Below, piece by piece: positions 45,801-55,320 of a stretch of DNA of 64,000 nt. How positions within the stretch are numbered: position 1 is the stretch's first letter; each line of letters starts with the position of its first letter. The notes under the pieces were generated by a model. It was not told where the DNA came from. It was given only the letters and a program-made list of their open reading frames with translations, and ran no database searches. The translations under genes were made by a program, and so were the position numbers. This DNA is from a virus. Taxonomy: Duplodnaviria > Caudoviricetes. Location: positions 931 to 64,930 of IMG/VR virus record IMGVR_UViG_3300025141_000075, one strand, 5' to 3'.

Positions 45801-48800
45801 GCAACTTCCAAGCCTAAGCTTGCTGAAACTTTTGAAATCTCTATAAAGGCCTTAGAGCTAGCGCCGTTTTTTCCAACACTAAACAGTGAAGTGGAGCCGT
45901 TGCTGGGGGAAATTCTAATCCAGCCTGTATATGTAAAACCCCTAGAACGAGAAGCAGTCAAAAAGTTAGTACAAGATGCTGATTCTGCATTGAGCAACAT
46001 ATGGCCATAGTTAACCGACTCCATGAAGTACACAGCGTTAACGTTTGTCAGTGATGAACCAGAAGTAACCGCGTAAAATGTTTCTGCACCCTTTTCTGGC
46101 CGCCATAAATTATTTCGGTGAACTCTGTGGAATGCCGGCTTCTCATCGTATGTGGCGCCCTGATTGCTGGGTACTAATATAGAATCTCGGAAGAACCTCT
46201 CTGTGTGGCGTGCAGCGTGAATGGTGTGACCATAGTCGTTACCATGTATATCAAATACTCTTATACCATCAACTTCTGGGCCGTCTGTTCCTCCGGTCAT
46301 GCCAGTGGAACTATAGAGCCAAGTTCCGGCGGTCGAAATCGCGACGTTGCCCTTTTCATAATGTTTTATATTATTAAGACTGGCAGTGGCGCCCTGAATA
46401 TTATCCTTATATCCACCGCGAACATAAAAATCTCTTTGTGAGTTTAAAACAGATAAGAATTCACTCATCTGGTCAGCAGTGTTTGATTTGCGAGCAACCC
46501 ATGTTGTGTCGGTAGCTGCCATCGATGTTTTAAATGTAAATATTCTGCTTGTTTGTCCATCACTTATTGTAATTGTATTATTATTAGCCGGCACTTCGTT
46601 CATTGCAAACTCGCCAGTTGGGTGCGTCCCGGAGAGGCCCGGATGACTTTGAAAAGGTCTCTTAACTGTAAGGTTTCTGTTATTCAGCATGTTGTATACT
46701 GAGAATTCACCAGATCTAAAGTCTTGATATCCTCTTGACATGACTTCAATGCCGCCGGGAGCGCTGAATTTAGAAACAAACACTGAATTATTAGTGGTTG
46801 CTTGACCACCTAGAGGTGTTGTAGTATAGCCTAGGCCGCCTTGCAGATAGTCAGTTGAGTAATCGCCACTCCAGTCTGTGTGTGCTGTGGAAGAACCAGT
46901 TATAGCTTGATGTACACCATCAATAGAGCCGCGATGAATATCCAACAGTGTTCGCACTGATGTTGAACTAGAAAGATATTTTACGTAGTTTGGATCGGCA
47001 GACGAGCTGAATATTGTCTTTGGCAGATTTGGCTGTCTTTCAATAAATTGTCTTGGGTTAGACCAGCCACCATGAGCGTTAACTACTTCATAGTTATGGT
47101 TGTAATTTCCAAGAATTGTAGAACCAGTGGTGTGGCGAATATTTCTAATGTTAACAGGGCGTTTAGCAGTAAATCCTCTATAATACACAGCCTTTTGTGA
47201 TGCTGTGTGTGGATATTGCCCCAACTCTTCTGGTGCGTTAGCCAAGGGATAGTCCGGACCCACCATACCGATCGCGCCAGATATGGGCGGATCGTCAGCT
47301 TTACCAAGAAGTATCTTCCATGCTTCTGGCCTAGAGTCCCATCGATCAAGGCCGCCTGTACCACCAGCCATTCCACTTATAGCATACATCCATGCGCCCG
47401 TAGAGGTAATTGCAATATTACCGATTGTATAGTCGGGAGAATTAACAAAATTTGTTAAGCTAGCTGTACCATTTGATGTTATACCTGCTTTAATTGTAAA
47501 ACCCGGATACGAGTTGATTGCAATAACAAGATTTTCCATTGTTGTGGTTGTATCACCATCAATATCAACATCTTCTGGATTAGTGGGTGATGCAGTAAAC
47601 GTGAATTCTACAGACGTACCACCGTCGCTTATGGTTACAGTTCTGCCCTCAATTGAGGCAATAGTATTCATTGATATTTCCCCAGTTGGGAAATTTGAGC
47701 CGACTGCGGCCTTATTTACCTTTACATGTCGCGACTGATGGCCGCCTACGGCGTAGTTTGTAAACGGGCCTTGCATTGGGCTTTCCATGTCAGGACCATA
47801 CACATCATTATGTAAGTTAGTAATAATAACACCGGACATTACACGAGCAACAACTGCCTTTTGATAACCAGTGTCAAGATTTCCACTAATAATATTAAAG
47901 GGGAAGGAAATATCTGATTTTATGTTTTTATAGCCTATTCCGTCTTCCCAGTCTCTACCATGTTGTACTTTAACTGTTCTCTTTACTTTATCATTAGGTT
48001 TAGAGAGCGGATCTTGTATATTTTTAAGTCTTACAGTTTCATCTTCTTCACCGTCAATGCCATATACCGAAGAAAAAAGTACGTTTTCTGGGACGTATGC
48101 GCCGGCATCTTGGTTAACAGGCCCATGGGGGCGTGTAGCATTATAGGTTAAATCAATCTTTTTGTTTCTTTCAAAGTTTACACCACCTTTAATCGGCATT
48201 ACTGGTGAGGCTGTGCGATAGACGGTAAGTTTGTAAGGTTTTGCTAATTTTCTAATAACGAAAATAGAACCACTGTGTACACCATCTGACAGAGTTGAGA
48301 GCATATTGAGTTTCTGATTATTGTCATTCTCAATTGACATTCTCATGTTGTCTCTTTCAGCATCGACATAGGGGTTGCCGCTGCTGATATCAGACTTTTG
48401 TCTTTCTGCTCTCTCTTTCCACCATTGAGCGTTTATCATCTGTTTAGAAGACCCGGTCAGATCTGTGGATGGATGATGATTTACTCTCCAATTATAAAGC
48501 CTTTCATTGATTCCCATTATTGGAGTAATCGGATCATCAAGCCTAAACTCAATTGTTGGAAATTGTGACTTATATTTGTTTCTTTCAAGAACGTGGCTTT
48601 CAATAACATTCATGGTGTCGTCGGTAAACTTAGATGATGCTGGCATTAACTGGCCAATAATTTGAGAAATTGTGTCGTCAAACCACTGATAATATTCAAC
48701 ATACTTTTCAACGTCTGAAACAGTGGATACTCTACGGAAAAACGCTTCTCTCAATTTTTCTAATTTTTTATATCTTGCGCGGTACCTATTGACTGGCTCA

Positions 48801-51800
48801 CCAATCATATTATTAAAGTCTAGGGCTCCAGCAAAGAAATTCAACATTTCATCTGAAACCGCTGCGTACATGCTTTTCTCTACCGTATGATGATAGTTGG
48901 GGATTGTCTCTACAAATCCGAAGGCACGATCATCCGAAGTCAAAATTTGAACCATATCGGATGATATTGGCGATTCGGGGTCCATAAACTTGAAAGTGTT
49001 GGTAAGAAATTCTCTTTGTACTTTGCTGGAGTTTACAGTAAATCCGTATCCCAAACCGGGATGTTTGTATCTAGACAAACCACCAAGCCAACCGAGAGCA
49101 CGGCGATCTTGAGCAGAACCCGATGACATATCTACTGTTAAAAACTGTCCGGAAGCATCTGAGCTAGTCACATCATTAAAGTTCCAATCTAATACCAGTG
49201 TATTGATATTTAAAAGATCTAAATTGTTTGAATTTGGATCCAACGGTGAGAGGTGTTGAAAGGAGCCCGAAATGCCGGCATTATCAATATCATATATGTG
49301 TTGTTTTAATGAATCTTCGTCTAAAAACTTGCCCCAATAGCGCGCGTTGAACAGTCGTATATCGGTTGGATGATTTACTGTTCCTGAAAAATTGATTCTA
49401 TTAGCGCCGGCATAAAAACGTTTTGAGCCGGACAAAAAGTGTTCAGCAGTAGTTCTGCTTACCGACGCTGTTAACACAAATTGATCTTCAATGGCGCCGA
49501 GCTTAGTGTTTAAACCTTGGAATATTAAGTCATATGTGTAGCCGACATCGGAGCCGGATACAGTTTTTGTCATCCCAAATGTGCTTGGCTTGAGGCGTAC
49601 CGATATATTCCAATCTGAATTACTATAAGCATCAAAAAATACACTGCTTGTTAGAATCGGGAAGGGGCCGGCATTCGGATTCAACCATGGGGTGCTGCCG
49701 GCCGGATCATTCGGATAGTATGACGATGAGAGCATGAAGAATGCGTTTTTAGAGTATCTTGCTTCTCTGACAACATATACTTGGAAATTGGCACTGTCAT
49801 ATACGTGCCAGTTAGTGTTTGTGTCTTCGCCGGCCGATGCACTGTACATCCCATAGAGCGATGATACTTCAAAGGAGCGGTCTACACTGTCATAGTCAGT
49901 TTGAAAAGATGGTAAAGTAAAGTCGGCCTCTGCTGTAAAGCCGTATGGATACTCATAGCCGAACTGACCGGAGCCAGAAATATAGCCTCTGGTGGCGGAG
50001 GTATCATCTGGGTCTTGATACTGGAAGCATGTTGCATTAATATGGCTTGAAGTATTAAAATAAAGCGCTTTTTTATTAACCAGCGTTTGTTCTAAACGAG
50101 GAGTCCGGGCATCTAGATCATATACTGTGTTGTCTGCATAAGTTCTTACTTTTATTACAGTATCATCTAAATTAAAACACCTGAAAACATTTTTAATTGT
50201 TTTTTCGGTACCCTTTGTTTTGTAAATGTTCGTTAAGTTATTATAAAGGTTCTGGTAGATCAGGTTTTTAGTATCAGTTAAATCTGCTTGAAATCTAAAA
50301 TCATCTGTTTTATTCGCGAATCGGCTTATTACTTTCGCATCAACAAACAATTGTGGCATGTAAAGACCCAAAGATTGAGGTAGATGCTCCGCAAACGGCA
50401 ATGGAGTGTATGATGCGCTTGTCATCTGCATATGTTTAAAGGTTGGAATGGCTTCTATTTGGTTGTAAATTTTGTCAAAATAAGCACCAAGAATGTGAGT
50501 TAATAATTCAACATTTGTATTTCCGATAGCCTCGTGTTCTTCTAAAATCCAGCTTGGAATCAAGGTTTTTAAATTTGAAGTGTTGTTTCTATCATGATAA
50601 GAGCCAGAATTAAAAAGACCTTGGCGCACATTGACAATATCCGGATGCAAAGAATAAATAATCGGATCTTTGTATTCGGAGGCGGCGGCAGAGGCCTCTA
50701 CAATCGCTGAACTCAACGTTCTTGAGGGGGTACCCGTCCATGTACCGTTGGTAATGCGACCAGAATAATCCAGCACGTTTTGATCTAAATAACCATAGCC
50801 GGAATTTCCTTCATTAAACTTGTAATACACTCCCAAAGTTGCATTACTTATATCTGTATTTGTTCCGCCGCGGACCTGAGCAAACCAATTTCTGCCGATC
50901 TCTTCGGCAGACCGGGCAGCTTTCCAAAATCTAAATTCGTCCACTGAGCCTGTTAGCGTGTGAGTATTCGCCGCGCGCGTGCTAGCGACAGCATCAGCTC
51001 TGAAGGGTGCCGTTATTAACGCGCCGATGCGGGCTTTCATATCTCTTGACGGAAGTTCTCCTATAGCTAAATCTGAATTAATTACAGTGTGATTGAGATA
51101 TCCGTTAAGATAAAAATTAGTTCTAAAGTCAGAGCCAGAATTTTGAAACACGAATGCATAGTGATTCCAATCGTCTAATGTGGTGGAAGTTATAGTTTGG
51201 CCGATAGGTTGTTGGAATAATGTTCCAGAACCCGGTGCGCCAGAGGTCATAGAGCCGGACTGAACCGTAAATAAGAATGGCGAAGTTGAAGAGGCACTCA
51301 AAACCTCAATAGTCATTCGGCCCATATCATGCGAACCAGATGCATTATCGTTCCACATATCAAATATAATTGAATTGGCATTGGCACCGATATCTTCGGC
51401 TTTTAGCCAAAATTCAACTGTAACGCCGCTATCAAAATTCGTTCTCAGGTTTGATTGTCTGGAGCCGGTTCCATATGAAGTAGGGAGGCCGGCAGTTTCA
51501 TAAATATTTTTATCATACAAATTCGCGGAGTGTCTTTTGCTATCATGAGGACTATCAAATAACTGATTTACTGTATCGTAAGTTACACCATGTGGGCCTC
51601 CCTTAAAATCGATGTAAGAACTAGAATCAAAATTAGCATACCCGTTAGTCCGCGGGAACAAATTATTGAAAATGTATTTTTCAACATCTAGTGATTTATT
51701 ATAAAACTCATTCTGTTCGGCGTCGGAACCATCATATGGATAATAGTCTATAATTCGGCCCATTGCTCCGCTGTAATAATAATAGGCGGATCCAAACTTG

Positions 51801-51973
51801 GCAAAATTTTCAGGCTTACCATAATCAATTTGTGGAACAAAAGTCTCTTGTTTAATAGAGAGTTGTTTCATGTTATCGGATGATTCTACATCTCTGAAAA
51901 GATTTTTTTGATTGGTTTTTGCTAAATAATTTCTACTATTTTCAACAGAGCCAAAAAGCTTTTTAATACTCAT
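39869..51973 (-). CDS. Giant baseplate/receptor-binding protein with LamG-like domains
   Basis: 4034 aa. LamG motifs TVEFWLK...WNHYAFV...GSVDEFRFWK and FTYTGWI...WVHVAV...GAMDQISLW; YKTKGT wedge-like motif; polyproline tail. Confidence 0.8.
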   Translation of the reverse strand: MSIKKLFGSVENSRNYLAKTNQKNLFRDVESSDNMKQLSIKQETFVPQIDYGKPENFAKFGSAYYYYSGAMGRIIDYYPYDGSDAEQNEFYNKSLDVEKYIFNNLFPRTNGYANFDSSSYIDFKGGPHGVTYDTVNQLFDSPHDSKRHSANLYDKNIYETAGLPTSYGTGSRQSNLRTNFDSGVTVEFWLKAEDIGANANSIIFDMWNDNASGSHDMGRMTIEVLSASSTSPFLFTVQSGSMTSGAPGSGTLFQQPIGQTITSTTLDDWNHYAFVFQNSGSDFRTNFYLNGYLNHTVINSDLAIGELPSRDMKARIGALITAPFRADAVASTRAANTHTLTGSVDEFRFWKAARSAEEIGRNWFAQVRGGTNTDISNATLGVYYKFNEGNSGYGYLDQNVLDYSGRITNGTWTGTPSRTLSSAIVEASAAASEYKDPIIYSLHPDIVNVRQGLFNSGSYHDRNNTSNLKTLIPSWILEEHEAIGNTNVELLTHILGAYFDKIYNQIEAIPTFKHMQMTSASYTPLPFAEHLPQSLGLYMPQLFVDAKVISRFANKTDDFRFQADLTDTKNLIYQNLYNNLTNIYKTKGTEKTIKNVFRCFNLDDTVIKVRTYADNTVYDLDARTPRLEQTLVNKKALYFNTSSHINATCFQYQDPDDTSATRGYISGSGQFGYEYPYGFTAEADFTLPSFQTDYDSVDRSFEVSSLYGMYSASAGEDTNTNWHVYDSANFQVYVVREARYSKNAFFMLSSSYYPNDPAGSTPWLNPNAGPFPILTSSVFFDAYSNSDWNISVRLKPSTFGMTKTVSGSDVGYTYDLIFQGLNTKLGAIEDQFVLTASVSRTTAEHFLSGSKRFYAGANRINFSGTVNHPTDIRLFNARYWGKFLDEDSLKQHIYDIDNAGISGSFQHLSPLDPNSNNLDLLNINTLVLDWNFNDVTSSDASGQFLTVDMSSGSAQDRRALGWLGGLSRYKHPGLGYGFTVNSSKVQREFLTNTFKFMDPESPISSDMVQILTSDDRAFGFVETIPNYHHTVEKSMYAAVSDEMLNFFAGALDFNNMIGEPVNRYRARYKKLEKLREAFFRRVSTVSDVEKYVEYYQWFDDTISQIIGQLMPASSKFTDDTMNVIESHVLERNKYKSQFPTIEFRLDDPITPIMGINERLYNWRVNHHPSTDLTGSSKQMINAQWWKERAERQKSDISSGNPYVDAERDNMRMSIENDNNQKLNMLSTLSDGVHSGSIFVIRKLAKPYKLTVYRTASPVMPIKGGVNFERNKKIDLTYNATRPHGPVNQDAGAYVPENVLFSSVYGIDGEEDETVRLKNIQDPLSKPNDKVKRTVKVQHGRDWEDGIGYKNIKSDISFPFNIISGNLDTGYQKAVVARVMSGVIITNLHNDVYGPDMESPMQGPFTNYAVGGHQSRHVKVNKAAVGSNFPTGEISMNTIASIEGRTVTISDGGTSVEFTFTASPTNPEDVDIDGDTTTTMENLVIAINSYPGFTIKAGITSNGTASLTNFVNSPDYTIGNIAITSTGAWMYAISGMAGGTGGLDRWDSRPEAWKILLGKADDPPISGAIGMVGPDYPLANAPEELGQYPHTASQKAVYYRGFTAKRPVNIRNIRHTTGSTILGNYNHNYEVVNAHGGWSNPRQFIERQPNLPKTIFSSSADPNYVKYLSSSTSVRTLLDIHRGSIDGVHQAITGSSTAHTDWSGDYSTDYLQGGLGYTTTPLGGQATTNNSVFVSKFSAPGGIEVMSRGYQDFRSGEFSVYNMLNNRNLTVKRPFQSHPGLSGTHPTGEFAMNEVPANNNTITISDGQTSRIFTFKTSMAATDTTWVARKSNTADQMSEFLSVLNSQRDFYVRGGYKDNIQGATASLNNIKHYEKGNVAISTAGTWLYSSTGMTGGTDGPEVDGIRVFDIHGNDYGHTIHAARHTERFFRDSILVPSNQGATYDEKPAFHRVHRNNLWRPEKGAETFYAVTSGSSLTNVNAVYFMESVNYGHMLLNAESASCTNFLTASRSRGFTYTGWIRISPSNGSTSLFSVGKNGASSKAFIEISKVSASLGLEVATRNQATGHGGSHTRAKYLVSTTGTIGQAANLNNGSWVHVAVSLPVSAGVNGPSFPSIYFNGESQIVVENTSPREYFDQKIDSSYSVLSAVPRDSDSVMGFGTDCSRTSIGTQNHTGAMDQISLWAVALSASEVTALYNSGIPCDITASSVYGASGSHLFAWYKLGDGNQTDAIDKSNPKAFNSSSNAIWNSHTAGNHLFPLAYATITENTALVIDEGAGAGGHYPAPLDGCTPAVLGYSSSMTYSCGNHYDNLNQHHQIPRGDRQYTWMTGAMEHTDPCSHNFRYSGYMPLFGEQQGRYSASSGWEPWMTMISGGEVGIYNGGGSASRRFGATKKWAMSYSTRVKESFTPQDFVGLNTIIYEPITASSNMLGYPKGTPLFERSKGTTGHWFPSSSTTLDQTPHYMNRSYKGQGALINDATSTTIRGSTSGSYSGGPQGDWTSWQMQGYMFNTLMLKRNGPYGYGTHAQFRRNPNHPVLRNERSSSEISVITHAMRDVYRGAWVLSPWPPTWNPEHTITGQERTYAMTNFTLPPVSMRGRPTIINYTPSVETTPCGMGASPLGNSITLKATDNNNKIFFNSNGLNTYTDINPHEILTPFDYLMATMDGESIGWADPNYLIYTENIFPSQRMEFVSSSRRRTNYDNLFWRDLIADRVTLGSTFANSAGTREGNLGTHHNLLSQSAWCLDAQEDFLTRTGSLTGMGAYISPQDSLIAYGKAGELQNNYTQYFFDQDLAEFEQAPADSGAPSAIKAALAFAFRNLDMRFQLSNGALYTRKQMLPNIGSVVPPSGMSIPEKGTQASLDSTGVANMAANPEIVNTVEPFSGEALWEADEQAGYIQLSRSLDMKLHPVFHSRKSKPWYDNYQDFRDDIRVLAKDYAIVPEFRMSQHVPDLLRNHWSKFQDYLEIPGTAMRAVTSSFYRDYTNSEKLMYARALKAKTTMTPKEIRITVAAVKKFNPYKGFYPAQRTLDLVSIFYDDFKDSILPSLTYYSGSDLNTGPLITKEIDLSAGYNKDLFAQIRPVVGPLFNPGLLYNSIKSGMAVDHPILYGTTTKPNYIYALKDKNRSGSIRAYAGSQGSPFGAGTVSLMDESSWTEGPFWDDRLPFETLLDPAEYLLNKKISDLEVAVSSSSPFTASLTTDSDFTYKLAARNFFGETANFFLRGGDFTQMKSAEIPSDGLFFQSGTLWGARLKMYRSTNGTKHYGMDFDNAGYRLLEAGTGGHSSLHTVTDVNASASLGKTGGRRLLANSGSNGGDAAANQQGTRFGSGEYPLPQDPNPSDNSGVNETFTMYSRPTAFGPPVAGRGADEDEFISASFSGAMDCVNGYNWSFTPPYYHGEAWADILFYPHETRKYAIDEILARAETVYWRADPGPEIKYSNAAYTRPAFMHDVRRPTGHSLSYVGGARNINNQAVQLSASVNMFGIERIPFQTNDALELLQETRNETKAMRWVIKPKFETPMLNFNSNYRRVSAASGSLTIPEVFGSGSVPRGMWHQFGIIEPNKKKGIFMEIGDIPKNWLAHHYNVVNDASIYNKGNPGIVSDPGSNGNSIKNKFKSLTSRLGFTPINRRRRLGELAPTRTIKEAVVLIPYITTKEFDTTLSTHPEAADDVSLNAAKQFFGIPMLAVQAAISANAQSATGANIDVAGESIRKLIAKMDKYILPPEFDFIRNPETTPIVMYIFEFSHKFHKNDLSYIWQNLAPADYKKIRFEEQSIAHSLDTSELLNASHLLGTSEALGIETPDVRFMAFKVKQKAVGEYNSHVLEQAKDSFGKVTGIQFVGPSGARSRWPGQGIVLGADVPGMVNPGGWGTGAGSNTAEEETGTSGAPGEAQPAQPPVQAYEVQYNWPYDFVSIVEGIKVDIEILFDDESNRGVSLIREQASSATTTPVLSPPVDTLNLIKQQAQILPQVYSTKAAATAAIRDMSPSIPGGAPPPPPGSSPPPPPPPPSGGGAPPPPPPPSGGGTGGIVWTPLRFSN
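39911..39979. repeat. 33-bp direct repeat x2 encoding polyproline-SGG
   Basis: gccgccgccggatggtggtggcggtggtggtgg at 39911 and 39947. Confidence 0.85.
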
Positions 51974-53501
51974 AATTCTCTACTCTAAACCTGAATGTTT
52001 CATCTTGTTCAACCCAATCACTTAGGCTTGAATCATAGAATGCAAACTTAAATGCATATTCATATCCGGGTTCAAGAAGCGTCATATCAAAATCAAAATA
52101 ATTTCCTGATATATCGTGTGATAAAACAGTGTGTAAATCACTGCCTGTACCATGTGGAATGGCATTAAAGCTATCTAATACGCGATAAACCCTATAAGAC
52201 GCACTTTCAATTGTTGTGGTTTCAATATTGTTATTGGCCTTGGTATAAATTGTTGGGGACCAGAATTTTTCCCTAACATATAGGTTAAATCTTGCATTTT
52301 CTTTGGAGCGATATCTTTGTTTTAAGTTTGTAATATTCAAATAGTAACTTGGTCTAATTGAAATTTCATTTCCTTCGAATGTCTGTGGCTTGAACGAGCC
52401 CGTGAAAAACCTCGTACTACCCGTGTACCAAACATCAAACATATCTGTGATCTTGTTCCTTGCGGTACCTGTAATAGCAAGACTACAACTATAAATACCT
52501 GTTGAGACCTGACCAGCAGTAGCATAAAGCTGGGAATCTCCGTATCCAGTTCGGTCATCAACACAAAGTGTCAACGCGCTTCCAGATGGCGTTGTGTTGT
52601 CCACTGAGCCAGAGTGAAGGCGGACCCTCAAGAGGCCAGTACCCACGTTGGGCAAGTTTTGTAAATTGCCGCGGACATAGTTATAATAATATAGTGTATT
52701 TACATTTTGGTCACCGGAAGCTACTGAACTACTGTAATAAAAATTTGCTCGGTCGTCTTTAATACTGGAATCCCAGCGCGCCTCTATGACCGGTCTTTTA
52801 AAATAATATTGAGTGCCGCGGGCGAAAAAACGTTTTGTATAAAAGGAGGTGGCGGTGCCGGTTAAATTGTAAGATGCGGTCGTCTCTTGTGAGGCGGACA
52901 AGCCAATACCAAATCCGTAATTTGAGTATACACTACCAAGCCACTCTTCCATAAGAATAGTAACATCAACTTCAAGATCTTCAAGGCCACTCTCAAAAAC
53001 TTGATTAAAGTTTGAGGCCGTCAGATAATCCCCCCCTGCTTCAGCCCAGTCTGATACTGTTCCATTATCTTCTCGCTTACGTTGAACCCAATTCGAGCCT
53101 GTATTTCCAATCGTATAATCAAGATAGTTTTCCAAGTCAAGGCCGCTGCCTTCTTGCCACGATTGGGAAACTGGCTTAACCGTGAGAGTATAATTTTTCG
53201 GAACAGTTTTAGATGTTTCTGCGTTGTATAATTTTAAATAAAAATTAACACTTCCGCTAGCGGGGATGGCGCCACTACTTCTGTCAGTACTAATTGACGT
53301 AACAGGGAACTGAACCAATATTCTTGATAATTCAACTTGTTTATTTTCGACCGAGGACGTATAGGCGCGCCCAAATATAGAATATGTTTCAAGAACGTCT
53401 GCGGCGCCCATGTTTGAGCCCGTGGCGCGGCGAGTCAAGTTAGCCTGCCATGCATTTGAAATTGTATTATCTGCCGTCGCGGTGTAGCGCTTTATCGCCA
53501 T
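51963..53501 (-). CDS. Virion protein with DNRLRE-like domain
   Basis: ATADNTI...SRILVQF...SWQEG.G...W...GGDY...DVT..W...NYG...RPVIEARW pattern. Confidence 0.65.
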   Translation of the reverse strand: MAIKRYTATADNTISNAWQANLTRRATGSNMGAADVLETYSIFGRAYTSSVENKQVELSRILVQFPVTSISTDRSSGAIPASGSVNFYLKLYNAETSKTVPKNYTLTVKPVSQSWQEGSGLDLENYLDYTIGNTGSNWVQRKREDNGTVSDWAEAGGDYLTASNFNQVFESGLEDLEVDVTILMEEWLGSVYSNYGFGIGLSASQETTASYNLTGTATSFYTKRFFARGTQYYFKRPVIEARWDSSIKDDRANFYYSSSVASGDQNVNTLYYYNYVRGNLQNLPNVGTGLLRVRLHSGSVDNTTPSGSALTLCVDDRTGYGDSQLYATAGQVSTGIYSCSLAITGTARNKITDMFDVWYTGSTRFFTGSFKPQTFEGNEISIRPSYYLNITNLKQRYRSKENARFNLYVREKFWSPTIYTKANNNIETTTIESASYRVYRVLDSFNAIPHGTGSDLHTVLSHDISGNYFDFDMTLLEPGYEYAFKFAFYDSSLSDWVEQDETFRFRVENYEY

Positions 53502-55297
53502 TATCTAACTTTTCCTTTAATATCTATCTCTGGAAATTTAACCTCAACAATAGCATTTTTAGGTACCATCAAATAATTGCCGTCTGGTGATAGATTATCA
53601 TTGATGCTAATGCTTGCTTGGTTGTATTCAGAAGTTGTTTTTGGTACTATTTTAACTTTCAATGCATCCAATACGCCGGGCACATCCTTCAGAAATGAGT
53701 ATACATCACTAATTGAAAATTGTTCACCGATATATTGCGTATCAGTGAATCTTGAACGGACTGCGCGAACGGCGCGGTCTAAAATAACAAATTTATTTGC
53801 TGACGGCATTGGCTTTATAACAAATTCAATGCCCACATTTAGAATATATGGATCTAATATATCAATGGTGTCACTAAGCATTCTGTAATTGTTCAACCAT
53901 GTCTTAAGATTCTTCTTTATTGTATCATTGGATAGTGTTAATTTTCCAAACTTGTCTTCCGAAATAACATACATATTTAGATTGCGCTTTTGAGAGTCTG
54001 GGTCTCTTTGGACGGAGATCCTCTTGATTGAACCGTATTTAGGTGGCATTCTATATGCTAAATTTTCATAATCTGCTTGTGTCACTGCTCTATTTTGAGT
54101 CGGAAAGGTGTCAAACACTCTTCTTTTAAGTTCATCCGCCGACAAAAGCGTCGTATCACCTAAAATTGGCTTTTCGTTAGTAACTTCCAATGAATCATTA
54201 ATGTCTTTTATAGCAGCACTGCTCAGGCCGGCGCGCTTAGGATAATCAAAAAGCCTACTTGCTACATTAGTTAAGGCGTTCACAGCAACGTTAGAATTAG
54301 TGGGATTTGTTGACCTATAAATAATTGTTAGAGTTGTATTAGAGGGAACAATTCCAAAATTTTGATTATTGGATAATTTAGTTGGATCAAATGTCTTGTC
54401 AGTGGTGTAGCTTTTACCATAAATATCCATAGCCACCGACTGCGGGCTAGCAATAACATTGGATTCAGATTCATTACCACTACCAAACTGGAGTATTGTT
54501 TTGTCTCGTTGATATTCAACTATAAACTTTCTGGCGACCAAATAAGGCTTTATGATTGAAGGCACATTATCGTTTTTATAATTATTGTTGGCAAGTTCTT
54601 TAAACACAAGATCTTGCGCAAGGTAATCTACTTCAAAGTATTCGTTACCTTGAGAATCAACAACAGAAATTATTTCAGAGACATTTATATTTGAAAGCTC
54701 AACATTTCTGAATCTTTGAAATGAACCAACCTCTATTACTTCCTGATTTAGCATGCCAGAAACAACATGGCCATGGGCCCTTACTGCATAATATGTTGGT
54801 GCACCGGTCGTGGTGTCGTTCCTTGCTATAGCGACATCATTTTTAGGATCGGAGAAATCAACGTTTTCTGTAAGCATAAAACTTAAACCTGAAGATGATG
54901 TGAATCGGGCGCCGCGGCGCAGAATAGGTAAATAATTTTCATCCGGCCCCAAAGCAACCGTGGAGGCAGGGACAATTATAAAAAGTGTGACCTGTCCAAA
55001 AGTTGAGGGGCGGCCTTCAGCTTTATAACCTAAGATCCTTCCATGCCTTAAAATATTGTTGTATTGGTATGCTGTATCTAGAAAAGCTTCATTTACATTG
55101 TAGTCTAAATAAAAGTTTAATTGGTCACCGACGTATGCCGCGGCATCTAAAACAATCGCTCCGAAGGAGGCTTCGCTAAAATCTTGAAAAGTGTCTGGAT
55201 AAAACCTTTCTGCCATATCCAATAAATCTTCTCTAATAGAACCAAATTCTCTATTAGTATAGTTTATTGGCATTATTTTCTTCTGGTCATCCGACAT
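53501..55297 (-). CDS. Baseplate wedge subunit (T4 gp6-like)
   Basis: NYTNREF..IR..L, DFSEAS.G, NEAFLDTA, LQFGSG and QNRAVTQADY. Confidence 0.9.
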   Translation of the reverse strand: MSDDQKKIMPINYTNREFGSIREDLLDMAERFYPDTFQDFSEASFGAIVLDAAAYVGDQLNFYLDYNVNEAFLDTAYQYNNILRHGRILGYKAEGRPSTFGQVTLFIIVPASTVALGPDENYLPILRRGARFTSSSGLSFMLTENVDFSDPKNDVAIARNDTTTGAPTYYAVRAHGHVVSGMLNQEVIEVGSFQRFRNVELSNINVSEIISVVDSQGNEYFEVDYLAQDLVFKELANNNYKNDNVPSIIKPYLVARKFIVEYQRDKTILQFGSGNESESNVIASPQSVAMDIYGKSYTTDKTFDPTKLSNNQNFGIVPSNTTLTIIYRSTNPTNSNVAVNALTNVASRLFDYPKRAGLSSAAIKDINDSLEVTNEKPILGDTTLLSADELKRRVFDTFPTQNRAVTQADYENLAYRMPPKYGSIKRISVQRDPDSQKRNLNMYVISEDKFGKLTLSNDTIKKNLKTWLNNYRMLSDTIDILDPYILNVGIEFVIKPMPSANKFVILDRAVRAVRSRFTDTQYIGEQFSISDVYSFLKDVPGVLDALKVKIVPKTTSEYNQASISINDNLSPDGNYLMVPKNAIVEVKFPEIDIKGKVR

Positions 55298-55320
55298 AAA
55301 AAACGGGCTCCTTAATTATA

